Below are positions 56,085 to 64,000 of a stretch of DNA of 64,000 nucleotides, one piece after another. The DNA lies in the NCBI GenBank assembly GCA_013824245.1, contig PNNN01000039.1:75250-139249 (forward strand). The letters are read 5' to 3'. Origin of the DNA: Chlorobiaceae bacterium (GTDB lineage: Bacteria; Bacteroidota; Ignavibacteria; UBA10030; SZUA-254). Each line of letters starts with the position of its first letter. The first letter of the stretch is position 1. Below the pieces are notes generated by a model that worked only from the letters and a program-made list of their open reading frames with translations, had not been told where the DNA came from and did no database searches. The translations under genes and the position numbers were made by a program.

Positions 56085-57758
56085 GTGAAGCGAGTATTCA
56101 TTATAGCGCTTTTATTAGTGCTATCTATTTATAGTGGCGTCAGTCAGCTTTCGTCGATCAACGGTGAGCTGCGTTATCAGCATCAGTATCAGGATGCTTA
56201 TAGCGGTGGCGCTTTTTATAAACTAATCCGGAAAAATCCGCAGTTTATTTTCGGTACAATGGGTTATATTTTATCCCCCATGATTTTTTCCTTCGATGTC
56301 CGCACCAACATCAACTTAAACTATAACAATTCATCTTTCGCCGGCGTCAACAGTTCTTTCAAGCAAACCATTATAGGGTTTTATGACCTGAATGTTAATG
56401 CTCTGCAACGATTGCCGGTTCGTGTCTCGTTTTCTGCCCGTGATCAGCAGATCAAATCATCTTCGCAATTCAGTAAATTCAATGTCGGTTTCGATGATTA
56501 CAGGCAGCAGCAACAGCGTATCGAATTTTCGACGATGAATTTGAAGTTTTTACCAGCTACCTCTTTTGCATATCAACGTATCCGCAATTGGTCCGATATA
56601 TCATTGAACCGCTTTAATCAGCTTATGCAAGAACTTACACTGAATATGTCTCAATCCACACAAGATGCATCGGTGAGTTTATCGGGATCACTCAGCGAGA
56701 ATTATGAGAGTTTTACAAACAACAGGTTAAGGTACCTACGTTTTCAGATGAGCGGTAACAAAGAATTTTCAGCCAATCACCGCGCAGATATATCTTCCGA
56801 ATATTATAAATTCGAAAATACATCGATGATAAATGCCAATGGCATTTACAACGGCACGCTATTCGAGAAATTCCGATTCAACACCAATATTTTAGCTCGA
56901 AATGCGAACTCTCAATCGGCATCATCAACAACACTCGGATTAGGACAGACTATCCAGTTTCTCCAGAATGAAAATTTTAATTATTCGGTTTCTTTTAATA
57001 ATCAATCCACATACGACATCTACATTCAGGAGAATAACAGTTACAAACAACGTACCGATAATTTGGCGGGATCGGGAACGATTCAACATATGAGGTCTAT
57101 CAGCGATATCACATTTTCTAACGGAATATCTTTCGGCTATGCGAAGCAAGATTCCCGTTTAGGGCAGAGGTCGTACAACGGCGGGCTGACAAACAGTTTT
57201 CAAACCACTTCCGGCGGTTATCAAATAAATGCAAATCAAATGTTTAGCATGACAAGAATTAAAGGATATCTCGGGCGAGATGAAATCAACAACTTAGTGA
57301 ACATGATGATTGGTAAAACTTTGCCGTACCAAATCAATTCTCAGACAGGTATCGAGTTTCGGAATGAACGCCGGTCGAACACGAATGAGCTTTTTTATAA
57401 ATATCAAACAATCCAATTGCGACAACATTTAAATACGTCTATCTATATATATAGTCCGTTTACCGTTTCTGTTGAAGGAACAATGAATTGGATATCAAAC
57501 GGCGTTAAAGGGCATATGTACGGAATAACGGCAAACATAAACAGCGGTCGTTTCTTTTTACAAAATTTATCTATGAATTATCGTCTAAGTCGGACGTACG
57601 ATATATATTATAGAAGACCGTATATGGAGCAGACAATTGAGTTTACATATAACTGGCGCGCTCTTGCATTCCAGCTAAGGTTACAGGAATTCAGGTTCAT
57701 CGATACGCGTCATGATGTCTGGTTCAGTGTAACAAGACCGTTTAACATTGGATTATGA
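56085..57758 (+). CDS. Large putative outer-membrane beta-barrel (porin of a porin-cytochrome complex?)
   Basis: Signal peptide from GTG 56085; S/N/Q/T-rich with alternating aromatic/hydrophobic strands throughout; no heme motif. Confidence 0.6.
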   Translation: MKRVFIIALLLVLSIYSGVSQLSSINGELRYQHQYQDAYSGGAFYKLIRKNPQFIFGTMGYILSPMIFSFDVRTNINLNYNNSSFAGVNSSFKQTIIGFYDLNVNALQRLPVRVSFSARDQQIKSSSQFSKFNVGFDDYRQQQQRIEFSTMNLKFLPATSFAYQRIRNWSDISLNRFNQLMQELTLNMSQSTQDASVSLSGSLSENYESFTNNRLRYLRFQMSGNKEFSANHRADISSEYYKFENTSMINANGIYNGTLFEKFRFNTNILARNANSQSASSTTLGLGQTIQFLQNENFNYSVSFNNQSTYDIYIQENNSYKQRTDNLAGSGTIQHMRSISDITFSNGISFGYAKQDSRLGQRSYNGGLTNSFQTTSGGYQINANQMFSMTRIKGYLGRDEINNLVNMMIGKTLPYQINSQTGIEFRNERRSNTNELFYKYQTIQLRQHLNTSIYIYSPFTVSVEGTMNWISNGVKGHMYGITANINSGRFFLQNLSMNYRLSRTYDIYYRRPYMEQTIEFTYNWRALAFQLRLQEFRFIDTRHDVWFSVTRPFNIGL

Positions 57759-57767
57759 TGTTACCTC

Positions 57768-57945
57768 GAAAGACTCCAGATATCAGACATCAGATTAAAA
57801 ACCTCTCTTCGCAATCCCCCTTGCCAGAGAGAAGGGATTGGAGTTGTCCGCTTATGGCGGACTCTCCAATTCCGTATGTTTTTGGGGGATTTGGCGCTGT
57901 GATATTTAACGGAAATATTATAGTCAGTGATCTGGGGAATTGCAA
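57768..57945. repeat. Repeat-derived spacer inside the cytochrome operon
   Basis: cagatat/cagacat periodic units; aatcccccttg..aagggatt; ttggagttgtccgcttatggcggactctccaa; gggaattgcaatattccc. Confidence 0.5.
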
Positions 57946-58000
57946 TATTCCCATAAATGATATAAGTTTTATAGGTACCAAAATTGGCATTAATAAAATC

Positions 58001-59008
58001 ATGAAGTTATTCATAATTACATTTTTATCGTTTTACATGCTGTTATTATTTGGTTGCGGAACGTCGAAGGAAGCAATTCCCGATTACGTTTGGCCCCCAC
58101 CGCCCGAAAAAGCCCGGATTAAATTTGTGAACATTATTAAGGGGAAAGATTATTTCGAATCATCAGGAATAGATAAGGTGTTGAGTGTTCTTGCGGGCGA
58201 GCATACAGGTACAACTTTTGAGCGTCCTTATGCGGTAGCTGTTGATGCAACAGGAAATATTTATGTATCCGACACAAGCTTGAAGAAAGTTTTTGTGTTC
58301 GATGTTACTCAAAAACAAATTCGCACGATCGGCGATAAAGGAAGTGCAAAACTTCAATCTCCCATCGGGATTGCAATTGCATCCTCAAATAAAATATTCA
58401 TAGCCGATTCAAAAGTAAGACGTGTTTTTGCGTACGACTTAGAAGGTAATTTACTTTTCGGAATTGGTGAAGAAAACGAATTTGCATCGCCAACCGGTTT
58501 GGCTTTCGATTCATCCTCAAGCCGACTTTATGTGGTTGATACAAACAATCATCTGGTTAGAGTGTACAATGATGAAGGAAAATTTTTATTCACGTTCGGC
58601 AAACGCGGTGGCGACGACGGTGAGTTTAATTTTCCAACAAACATCACTGTACATAAAGGAAAAGTGTATGTTGTAGATACTATTAACGGACGAGTTCAGA
58701 TTTTCGATCTGGAAGGGAAATTTGTTTCGAAATTCGGGCAACTTGGAAATACGCCAGGATATTTCTCGCGTCCAAAGGGTATCGCGCTCGATTCATTCGG
58801 ACATATCTATATAGTAGATGCTGCGTTCGATAATTTTCAGTTGTTCAATGAAAAAGGGGAGGCGCTGATGTTCATCGGACAAGCCGGCGCAGGTATTGCA
58901 GAATTTCAATTGCCCGCGGGGATTTTCATTGATAAAGATAATTATATTTATGTTGTCGACCAGCTCAACGCGCGCGTACAGGTTTTTCAATTCATCGGTA
59001 AAGAATAA
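58001..59008 (+). CDS. NHL-repeat beta-propeller lipoprotein (copy 2)
   Basis: LLFGC lipobox from ATG 58001; WPPPPEKARI; FNFPTNI, FSRPKGIALD, FQLPAGIFID, NARVQVF. Confidence 0.9.
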   Translation: MKLFIITFLSFYMLLLFGCGTSKEAIPDYVWPPPPEKARIKFVNIIKGKDYFESSGIDKVLSVLAGEHTGTTFERPYAVAVDATGNIYVSDTSLKKVFVFDVTQKQIRTIGDKGSAKLQSPIGIAIASSNKIFIADSKVRRVFAYDLEGNLLFGIGEENEFASPTGLAFDSSSSRLYVVDTNNHLVRVYNDEGKFLFTFGKRGGDDGEFNFPTNITVHKGKVYVVDTINGRVQIFDLEGKFVSKFGQLGNTPGYFSRPKGIALDSFGHIYIVDAAFDNFQLFNEKGEALMFIGQAGAGIAEFQLPAGIFIDKDNYIYVVDQLNARVQVFQFIGKE

Positions 59009-59043
59009 TAAAATAAATTAATTTCATCATTAAGGAGTTACAC

Positions 59044-59730
59044 ATGAAGTACTTACTAATCGTCATTACACTGATTTTGATTGTTGCGGTGATAGGATCT
59101 GCACAGATCAGAAATAGTAAACACGATTTATCATTCGGTTCAACAACAACCGGTCCGAAAACCACAACCAGCACTTATACCGAGGTTTGCGTTTTCTGTC
59201 ATACACCACACTCTACACAGAGCACAAGTTTACTTTGGAACCGAACTGCTTCTACTGCATCGTACGCAGTTTATTCCAGTCCGACCATGGAACAAACAGT
59301 TCCGCAGCCGGGTGCAGTTTCTAAAAACTGTCTTAGTTGCCACGATGGTACCATAACATTGGCAAGCGTTGTTAATAATCCGGGCAGTAGTGGTGGAATA
59401 GCTCCGGTTTTCACCGCTCCGGGTAAAATTGATACCACAGTATTCACAGGAATTGGAACAAACCTCACAAACGATCATCCTATCGGTTTTGTTTACAACA
59501 CAAGTCGTTCAACTGACGCGGATTTACGAACCGAAACAGTTGCCGGTATAAAAGTAACCGTCAATGCTACTTCTCCGACCAGATCATTAACACTTTACGG
59601 TACAACCGCTGCCAGTGCAACACTCGAGTGCGGAACCTGTCATGATCCTCACGGAGTAACCGGTGTTCCAACATTCTTAAGAGTATCGAATAGCAACAGC
59701 GAACTCTGCTTTACGTGCCATGTTAAGTAG
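59044..59730 (+). CDS. OmcE-like tetraheme cytochrome c (copy 2; closest to OmcE as recalled)
   Basis: IRNSKHDLSFGS..VCVFCHTPH..LLWNR..YSSPTM..CLSCHDG..GTNLTNDHPIGF..TLECGTCHDPH..FLRVSNSNSELCFTCHVK; RBS AAGGAG. Confidence 0.85.
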   Translation: MKYLLIVITLILIVAVIGSAQIRNSKHDLSFGSTTTGPKTTTSTYTEVCVFCHTPHSTQSTSLLWNRTASTASYAVYSSPTMEQTVPQPGAVSKNCLSCHDGTITLASVVNNPGSSGGIAPVFTAPGKIDTTVFTGIGTNLTNDHPIGFVYNTSRSTDADLRTETVAGIKVTVNATSPTRSLTLYGTTAASATLECGTCHDPHGVTGVPTFLRVSNSNSELCFTCHVK

Positions 59731-59785
59731 CAAAGAAACTTTAAACACAGCTTTGTTCCGATACAAGAAAATATTATAATTAAGC

Positions 59786-60781
59786 ATGATAAAATTTTGC
59801 CGAATTATATTATTACTTAGCACTATTTTCTTTATGGAACAAGCGGCGGCTCAAAGTTCTTCCACCGAACTTGTTTGGCCCCCCCCGCCGCAAAAAGCGC
59901 GAATACAACATCTTCGTACAATTTCAAATTTGAACGAAGTAGCATCTGAGCAGGGATTTTTTTCTCGCGTGATGAATTTCTTGTTTGGTGGAACAGAATC
60001 CCGGCATGGATTCGTTCAACCGGTTGGTATCGCTGTTTCTCAATCGGGCGTTATCTACATTGCCGACCCGGGTGCAAATTGCGTTCATATTCTGAATTTA
60101 GATGAAAAAGAATATTCTGTCGTTTCAGAAACAAAAGCCGGAAAACTAAAATCACCTGTTGGTTTGGCTTCAGCTTCGAATGGTTATCTATACATCTCTG
60201 ATTCGGAACGGAAAGAAATTTTGGTTTTAGACGAAGACCTTTCATTTCAATTCGTAATCCGGAATAATTTTGTGAGACCAACAGGTATTCAGATTATAAA
60301 TGGAAAGTTATTCATTGTTGATACGGGTCAGAATAAAATTTTTATTTTCGATCTTAACGGAAAGTTTATTTCGGAATTCGGAAGACGCGGAAGTGGAGAC
60401 GGAGAGTTTAATTATCCGGTACAATTATGCGCCCGCAATTCAATTTATATTGTCGATGCACTGAACTTTCGAATTCAAATGTGTGATGTATCCGGTAAGT
60501 TCGCCGGTCAATTTGGAGGAATAGGTAACAGCGCGGGGAGCTTTGCCAATCCCAAATCGATTGCACTCGATTCCGAAGGTCACGTTTACGTAACCGATGC
60601 GTTGATGGATAATTTTCAAATATTCGATAGTCAGGGACAGCTATTACTCGTTGTTGGAAGCAAAGGAAACGGAGATGGTGAATTTATGAGTCCAAGCGGT
60701 ATAGCAATAGACGCAAATGATACAATTTATATTGTTGACTCACTTAATAAGAGATTACAAATATTCAGGTATATGAAGTGA
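59786..60781 (+). CDS. NHL-repeat beta-propeller (copy 3; Sec signal, no lipobox)
   Basis: WPPPPQKARI; FNYPVQL, FANPKSIALD, FMSPSGIAID, NKRLQIF. Confidence 0.9.
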   Translation: MIKFCRIILLLSTIFFMEQAAAQSSSTELVWPPPPQKARIQHLRTISNLNEVASEQGFFSRVMNFLFGGTESRHGFVQPVGIAVSQSGVIYIADPGANCVHILNLDEKEYSVVSETKAGKLKSPVGLASASNGYLYISDSERKEILVLDEDLSFQFVIRNNFVRPTGIQIINGKLFIVDTGQNKIFIFDLNGKFISEFGRRGSGDGEFNYPVQLCARNSIYIVDALNFRIQMCDVSGKFAGQFGGIGNSAGSFANPKSIALDSEGHVYVTDALMDNFQIFDSQGQLLLVVGSKGNGDGEFMSPSGIAIDANDTIYIVDSLNKRLQIFRYMK

Positions 60782-62670
60782 AAATAAAATTGTTAAAAAT
60801 ATTATTAATTGTGTCCGTATCGCTTATAACGTTCGGTCAGGTATTTTCCCAAACGAGCATCGTAAGCTCGAAGCATAATTTAAGCACAACCGGAACAGGT
60901 ACTATTAAGGCAACAAGCGAAACTCAAGTTTGCGTTTTTTGCCATACCCCACACAGTAAGCAAGTTACGTCTCAATTGTGGAATCATCAACCAACCACAG
61001 CTACATATACATTATACAGCAGTGATTATCTTACATCGAAAAGTTATCCTGCTTCAACACAGCCGGGTACAAAATCAAAACTGTGTTTAGCATGTCACGA
61101 TGGTACAATCGCAATCGGTGCCGTTTATAATACCACAGGATCCAGTTCTGCCGGAACCATTACAATGGCAAGCGGTATAACGACATTACCATCGGGTCAA
61201 TCGACAAATGTAGGTACATCTTTAGTGAACGATCATCCGGTGGGATTTGCATACGATGCTACAAAAGATCCGGAATTGGTATCAAGAACATGGCCCTGGA
61301 ATAGTGCAATTAAATTAGATCCCGATGCTTCAAATGGCAAAGTCGAATGCACGTCGTGTCATGAACCGCATCATAATACAAACGGGAAGTTCTTACAAAT
61401 CTCTAACACGAATGCGGCACTTTGCACATTTTGTCATAATAAAACTAATTGGGCGGCTTCGATTCATAAAACTTCTACTCAAAGTTATACACCATCCGGC
61501 TCCACAACCACTACAGTTGGCGAATGGTCTTGCCGCAATTGTCATCGATCTCACAATGGACAAGGAGTCCCTTATCTGTTAAATCTCGTAGAAGAAAATA
61601 CCTGTTACCAATCAAGCTGTCACGGTTCAACAACTCCCGGAATTAATACGAAAGATATTCAAACACAGGCAAATAAAACTTATAAACATCCAACAAATAC
61701 AGTGAGCGGCAAGCACAAGAATCCTGATAACTCGACAAGTTTAAATGTCCCGAATCGTCACGCCGAATGCTATGATTGCCATAACAGCCATCAGGCGAAA
61801 GATGGATTGCATACGTTGAAAAGCAATGCTGTTTCAAATGTATTAACAGGTGTTTGGGGTGTTACACCCGGTACAGCTACAATATGGACTCAACCAACAA
61901 CGTTCACCATAATAAATCCGGTTACAAAGGAGAATCAGATTTGTTTTAAATGCCATTCATATAATGCTTTTGGATTTGCGTTAAACGGCGTTACAACCAT
62001 TGTTGGACCATCCGGGGTGAATATCACCGATCAAGCGATGGAGTTTAACACGGCAAATAAATCAGCACATCCGGTTGTAGTATCAACGAACAACCAAACA
62101 GGATCAACGGCACCAAAGGCGCTCACTACAACGCAAATGAGTACGACTTGGAATAGTGTTGGAACACAGACAATGTATTGCGGCGATTGCCACGGTAACG
62201 ATCAAGCTACTTCTGCAACTGTTCCTCAGGGTCCGCATGGGTCGAACGCGAAATTCATATTAACAGGTACGGCAAAATATTGGCCCCTTAACGCTTCCGG
62301 AAATCTCTGGTCGCTTAATGACTTAAGGAACAATCTTAATAATTGGTCTACGAATCTTTTTTGTGTAAATTGTCATCCGATTTATAGCGGTGGAAGTTTT
62401 AAAAACAACACCCATTCCAGAAATCAACATCAGGGTGTCGCCGTCAAGTGCGTTGCCTGTCATGTAACAGTACCGCATGGAGCGAAGCGATCGCGCCTGA
62501 TTGGTTATCGAACTGATGTTTATCCGTATAATTACAATGGCGCCGGACAGTTTGAAAAATTAGTGATCAGTGGGTTTCGGAAAGCATCGAGTCCGAATAA
62601 CTACATCAAAAGTGATTGCACTTTCACTAGCGGTTGTCATGGTACACAAAGCGGTACATATGAACCATAA
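60778..62670 (+). CDS. Multiheme cytochrome c: N-terminal OmcE-like tetraheme module plus ~8 further hemes
   Basis: 10 CXXCH (CVFCH, CLACH, CTSCH, CTFCH, CRNCH, CYDCH, CFKCH, CGDCH, CVNCH, CVACH) plus CYQSSCH (CX4CH) and CTFTSGCH (CX5CH); T/S/N-rich. Confidence 0.88.
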   Translation: MKIKLLKILLIVSVSLITFGQVFSQTSIVSSKHNLSTTGTGTIKATSETQVCVFCHTPHSKQVTSQLWNHQPTTATYTLYSSDYLTSKSYPASTQPGTKSKLCLACHDGTIAIGAVYNTTGSSSAGTITMASGITTLPSGQSTNVGTSLVNDHPVGFAYDATKDPELVSRTWPWNSAIKLDPDASNGKVECTSCHEPHHNTNGKFLQISNTNAALCTFCHNKTNWAASIHKTSTQSYTPSGSTTTTVGEWSCRNCHRSHNGQGVPYLLNLVEENTCYQSSCHGSTTPGINTKDIQTQANKTYKHPTNTVSGKHKNPDNSTSLNVPNRHAECYDCHNSHQAKDGLHTLKSNAVSNVLTGVWGVTPGTATIWTQPTTFTIINPVTKENQICFKCHSYNAFGFALNGVTTIVGPSGVNITDQAMEFNTANKSAHPVVVSTNNQTGSTAPKALTTTQMSTTWNSVGTQTMYCGDCHGNDQATSATVPQGPHGSNAKFILTGTAKYWPLNASGNLWSLNDLRNNLNNWSTNLFCVNCHPIYSGGSFKNNTHSRNQHQGVAVKCVACHVTVPHGAKRSRLIGYRTDVYPYNYNGAGQFEKLVISGFRKASSPNNYIKSDCTFTSGCHGTQSGTYEP

Positions 62671-62764
62671 TGAAATTTACATCGAACAGTCATTATACAG
62701 TTAATAAAGTAAAGTATATTTTCTTAATGCCCCGCAAAATAAAATTAAAAACAAGGTACATGTT

Positions 62765-64000
62765 ATGAAGCGAAAAATATTAATTCTTTTTTCCTTAACA
62801 ATATTATTCCTACTCTCCTTAGTTACGATGGGATACGGTCAGGAAAATGTGAAGCAGTCATGTATAACAGCTAAGTGTCATGTGAATTTTGGGAAAGCAA
62901 AATTTGTCCATGGACCGGTTGCGGTAGGTGAATGTATCTCGTGTCATCAGCTTCTCCCGAAGGAAGATCATAAATTCCAGCCGATAAAAAATGTAGAAGA
63001 ACAATGCAATAAGTGCCACGAACCGATGGCGAAGAAAGGGACTGTGCATGCGCCGGTTGCGAAGGGCGAATGTGCTAAATGCCACGATTCTCATCAGTCG
63101 GACAGGCAATTTCAGTTAAAGAAATCTTCTACGAGCGACTTGTGCTTTTCATGCCATCCAAAAAATCTGATAACTAAAAAGTTTACACATGGTCCGGCAG
63201 CAGATGGCGAATGTTTATCGTGCCACCTGCCGCACATGAGCGAGAAACCGCAATTATTAACAAAAGCATCTAACGATCTGTGCTTTCAATGCCATACCGA
63301 TTTTCAGGAATCTTTCGCAGCGGCAAAAAATATTCATAAACCGGCAGGTGAAAATTGCGCGCAATGCCATAATCCACACAGCGCCGATGCAAGATTTTTA
63401 CTTGCAAGCAATACACCCGATCAATGTTATACATGCCATGCTGCTATTCAGACATCGGCAACGAAATCTACAGTGAAGCATGTTGCGCTCGATGAAGAGA
63501 AAAAATGTTTAGCTTGTCATTCCCCACATACCGCAAATCATATCAAACAATTAACAGAAGAACCGATGGCACTTTGTTTAAAATGCCACGACAAATCGCT
63601 GGTTGAAAAGGGGAATAAGCTTTCGGATATGAAAACACTGTTCGATAAAAATATTAATTGGCACGGACCGATACGCGAACGCGATTGCTCCGGTTGTCAT
63701 GAAGTTCATGGCTCACAAAATTTCCGGCTATTAACCCAAACATATCCGCCGGAATTTTATACACCATATGCTTCTGAAAAATATGAACTATGTTTTAACT
63801 GCCATCAAAATACGCTTGCGCAGGATCCGACAACCATGACTTTAACTGGTTTTCGAGATGGAAGTCGGAATCTTCATTATCTTCATGTCAATAAAAAAGT
63901 TAAGGGAAGAACTTGTCGTGCATGCCATGAAACCCATGCGAGTAATAACGACAGGCATGTCCGCGAGTTGGTTCCATTCGGACAATGGATGTTGCCGGTA
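62765..64000 (+). CDS. High-heme paired-CXXCH cytochrome c, truncated by the window edge; absent from the ORF track
   Basis: Manual translation from MKRKILILFSLTILFLL: CITAKCH (CX4CH) plus 13 CXXCH (CISCH, CNKCH, CAKCH, CFSCH, CLSCH, CFQCH, CAQCH, CYTCH, CLACH, CLKCH, CSGCH, CFNCH, CRACH); GFRDGSRNLHYLHV..KGRTCRACH. Confidence 0.9.
   Translation, partial: MKRKILILFSLTILFLLSLVTMGYGQENVKQSCITAKCHVNFGKAKFVHGPVAVGECISCHQLLPKEDHKFQPIKNVEEQCNKCHEPMAKKGTVHAPVAKGECAKCHDSHQSDRQFQLKKSSTSDLCFSCHPKNLITKKFTHGPAADGECLSCHLPHMSEKPQLLTKASNDLCFQCHTDFQESFAAAKNIHKPAGENCAQCHNPHSADARFLLASNTPDQCYTCHAAIQTSATKSTVKHVALDEEKKCLACHSPHTANHIKQLTEEPMALCLKCHDKSLVEKGNKLSDMKTLFDKNINWHGPIRERDCSGCHEVHGSQNFRLLTQTYPPEFYTPYASEKYELCFNCHQNTLAQDPTTMTLTGFRDGSRNLHYLHVNKKVKGRTCRACHETHASNNDRHVRELVPFGQWMLPV

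Noticed and set aside
55354-62670. OmcS- or OmcZ-type nanowire subunits
   Set aside because: Heme number and motif order (tetraheme, SKH..CxxCHTPH..LW) fit OmcE as recalled, not hexaheme OmcS or octaheme OmcZ.
266-63109. The many short antisense or alternate-frame ORFs in the track (e.g. 266-448, 7564-7884, 13513-14007, 20887-21351, 62858-63109)
   Set aside because: They overlap well-supported genes and show no motifs or RBS; treated as shadow ORFs.

Overview
64-kb window from an AT-rich bacterium. It looks like Ignavibacteria or a related Bacteroidota-Chlorobi lineage; this is inferred from DUF2851, a Bacteroidetes-type PyrF, Psr+YeeE and canonical TTGACA/TATAAT-type promoters. Layout: (1) housekeeping block, 1-6.9 kb (coiled-coil ORF running off the left edge, SPOR protein, dcd, S9 peptidase, pyrF, DUF2851). 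(2) Defence island, 7-15 kb (YhcG/DUF1016 nuclease, nested REP-like repeats, a lone attC-like hairpin, type I RM hsdR-M-S plus a coupled AbiJ-like fourth gene). (3) An anaerobic-respiration/metal region from 15.3 kb to the end. It carries a Cys-rich MerR with polysulfide/thiosulfate reductase psrABC, split YeeE and rhodanese; a CxxC/RAPP leader peptide ahead of a Zn/Ni-type uptake operon; a DUF134-NifX-MinD/4Fe-4S operon holding an octaheme tetrathionate reductase and a reciprocally deleted duplication; a Moco riboswitch ahead of an ECF-S-like/NTPase fusion and a TonB receptor, next to DUF364 and mobA; and a heme-c sensor kinase/sigma-54 regulator pair. The last of these precedes the most striking feature: a >12-kb multiheme cytochrome locus with two stand-alone OmcE-like tetraheme cytochromes, an OmcE-domain 12-heme fusion, three NHL propellers, putative outer-membrane barrels and periplasmic 8- and >=14-heme cytochromes. 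This is a candidate cytochrome-nanowire/extracellular electron transfer system outside Geobacter. No tRNA, rRNA, CRISPR array or transposase was seen. All family assignments come from motif recognition by eye, not from database searches.
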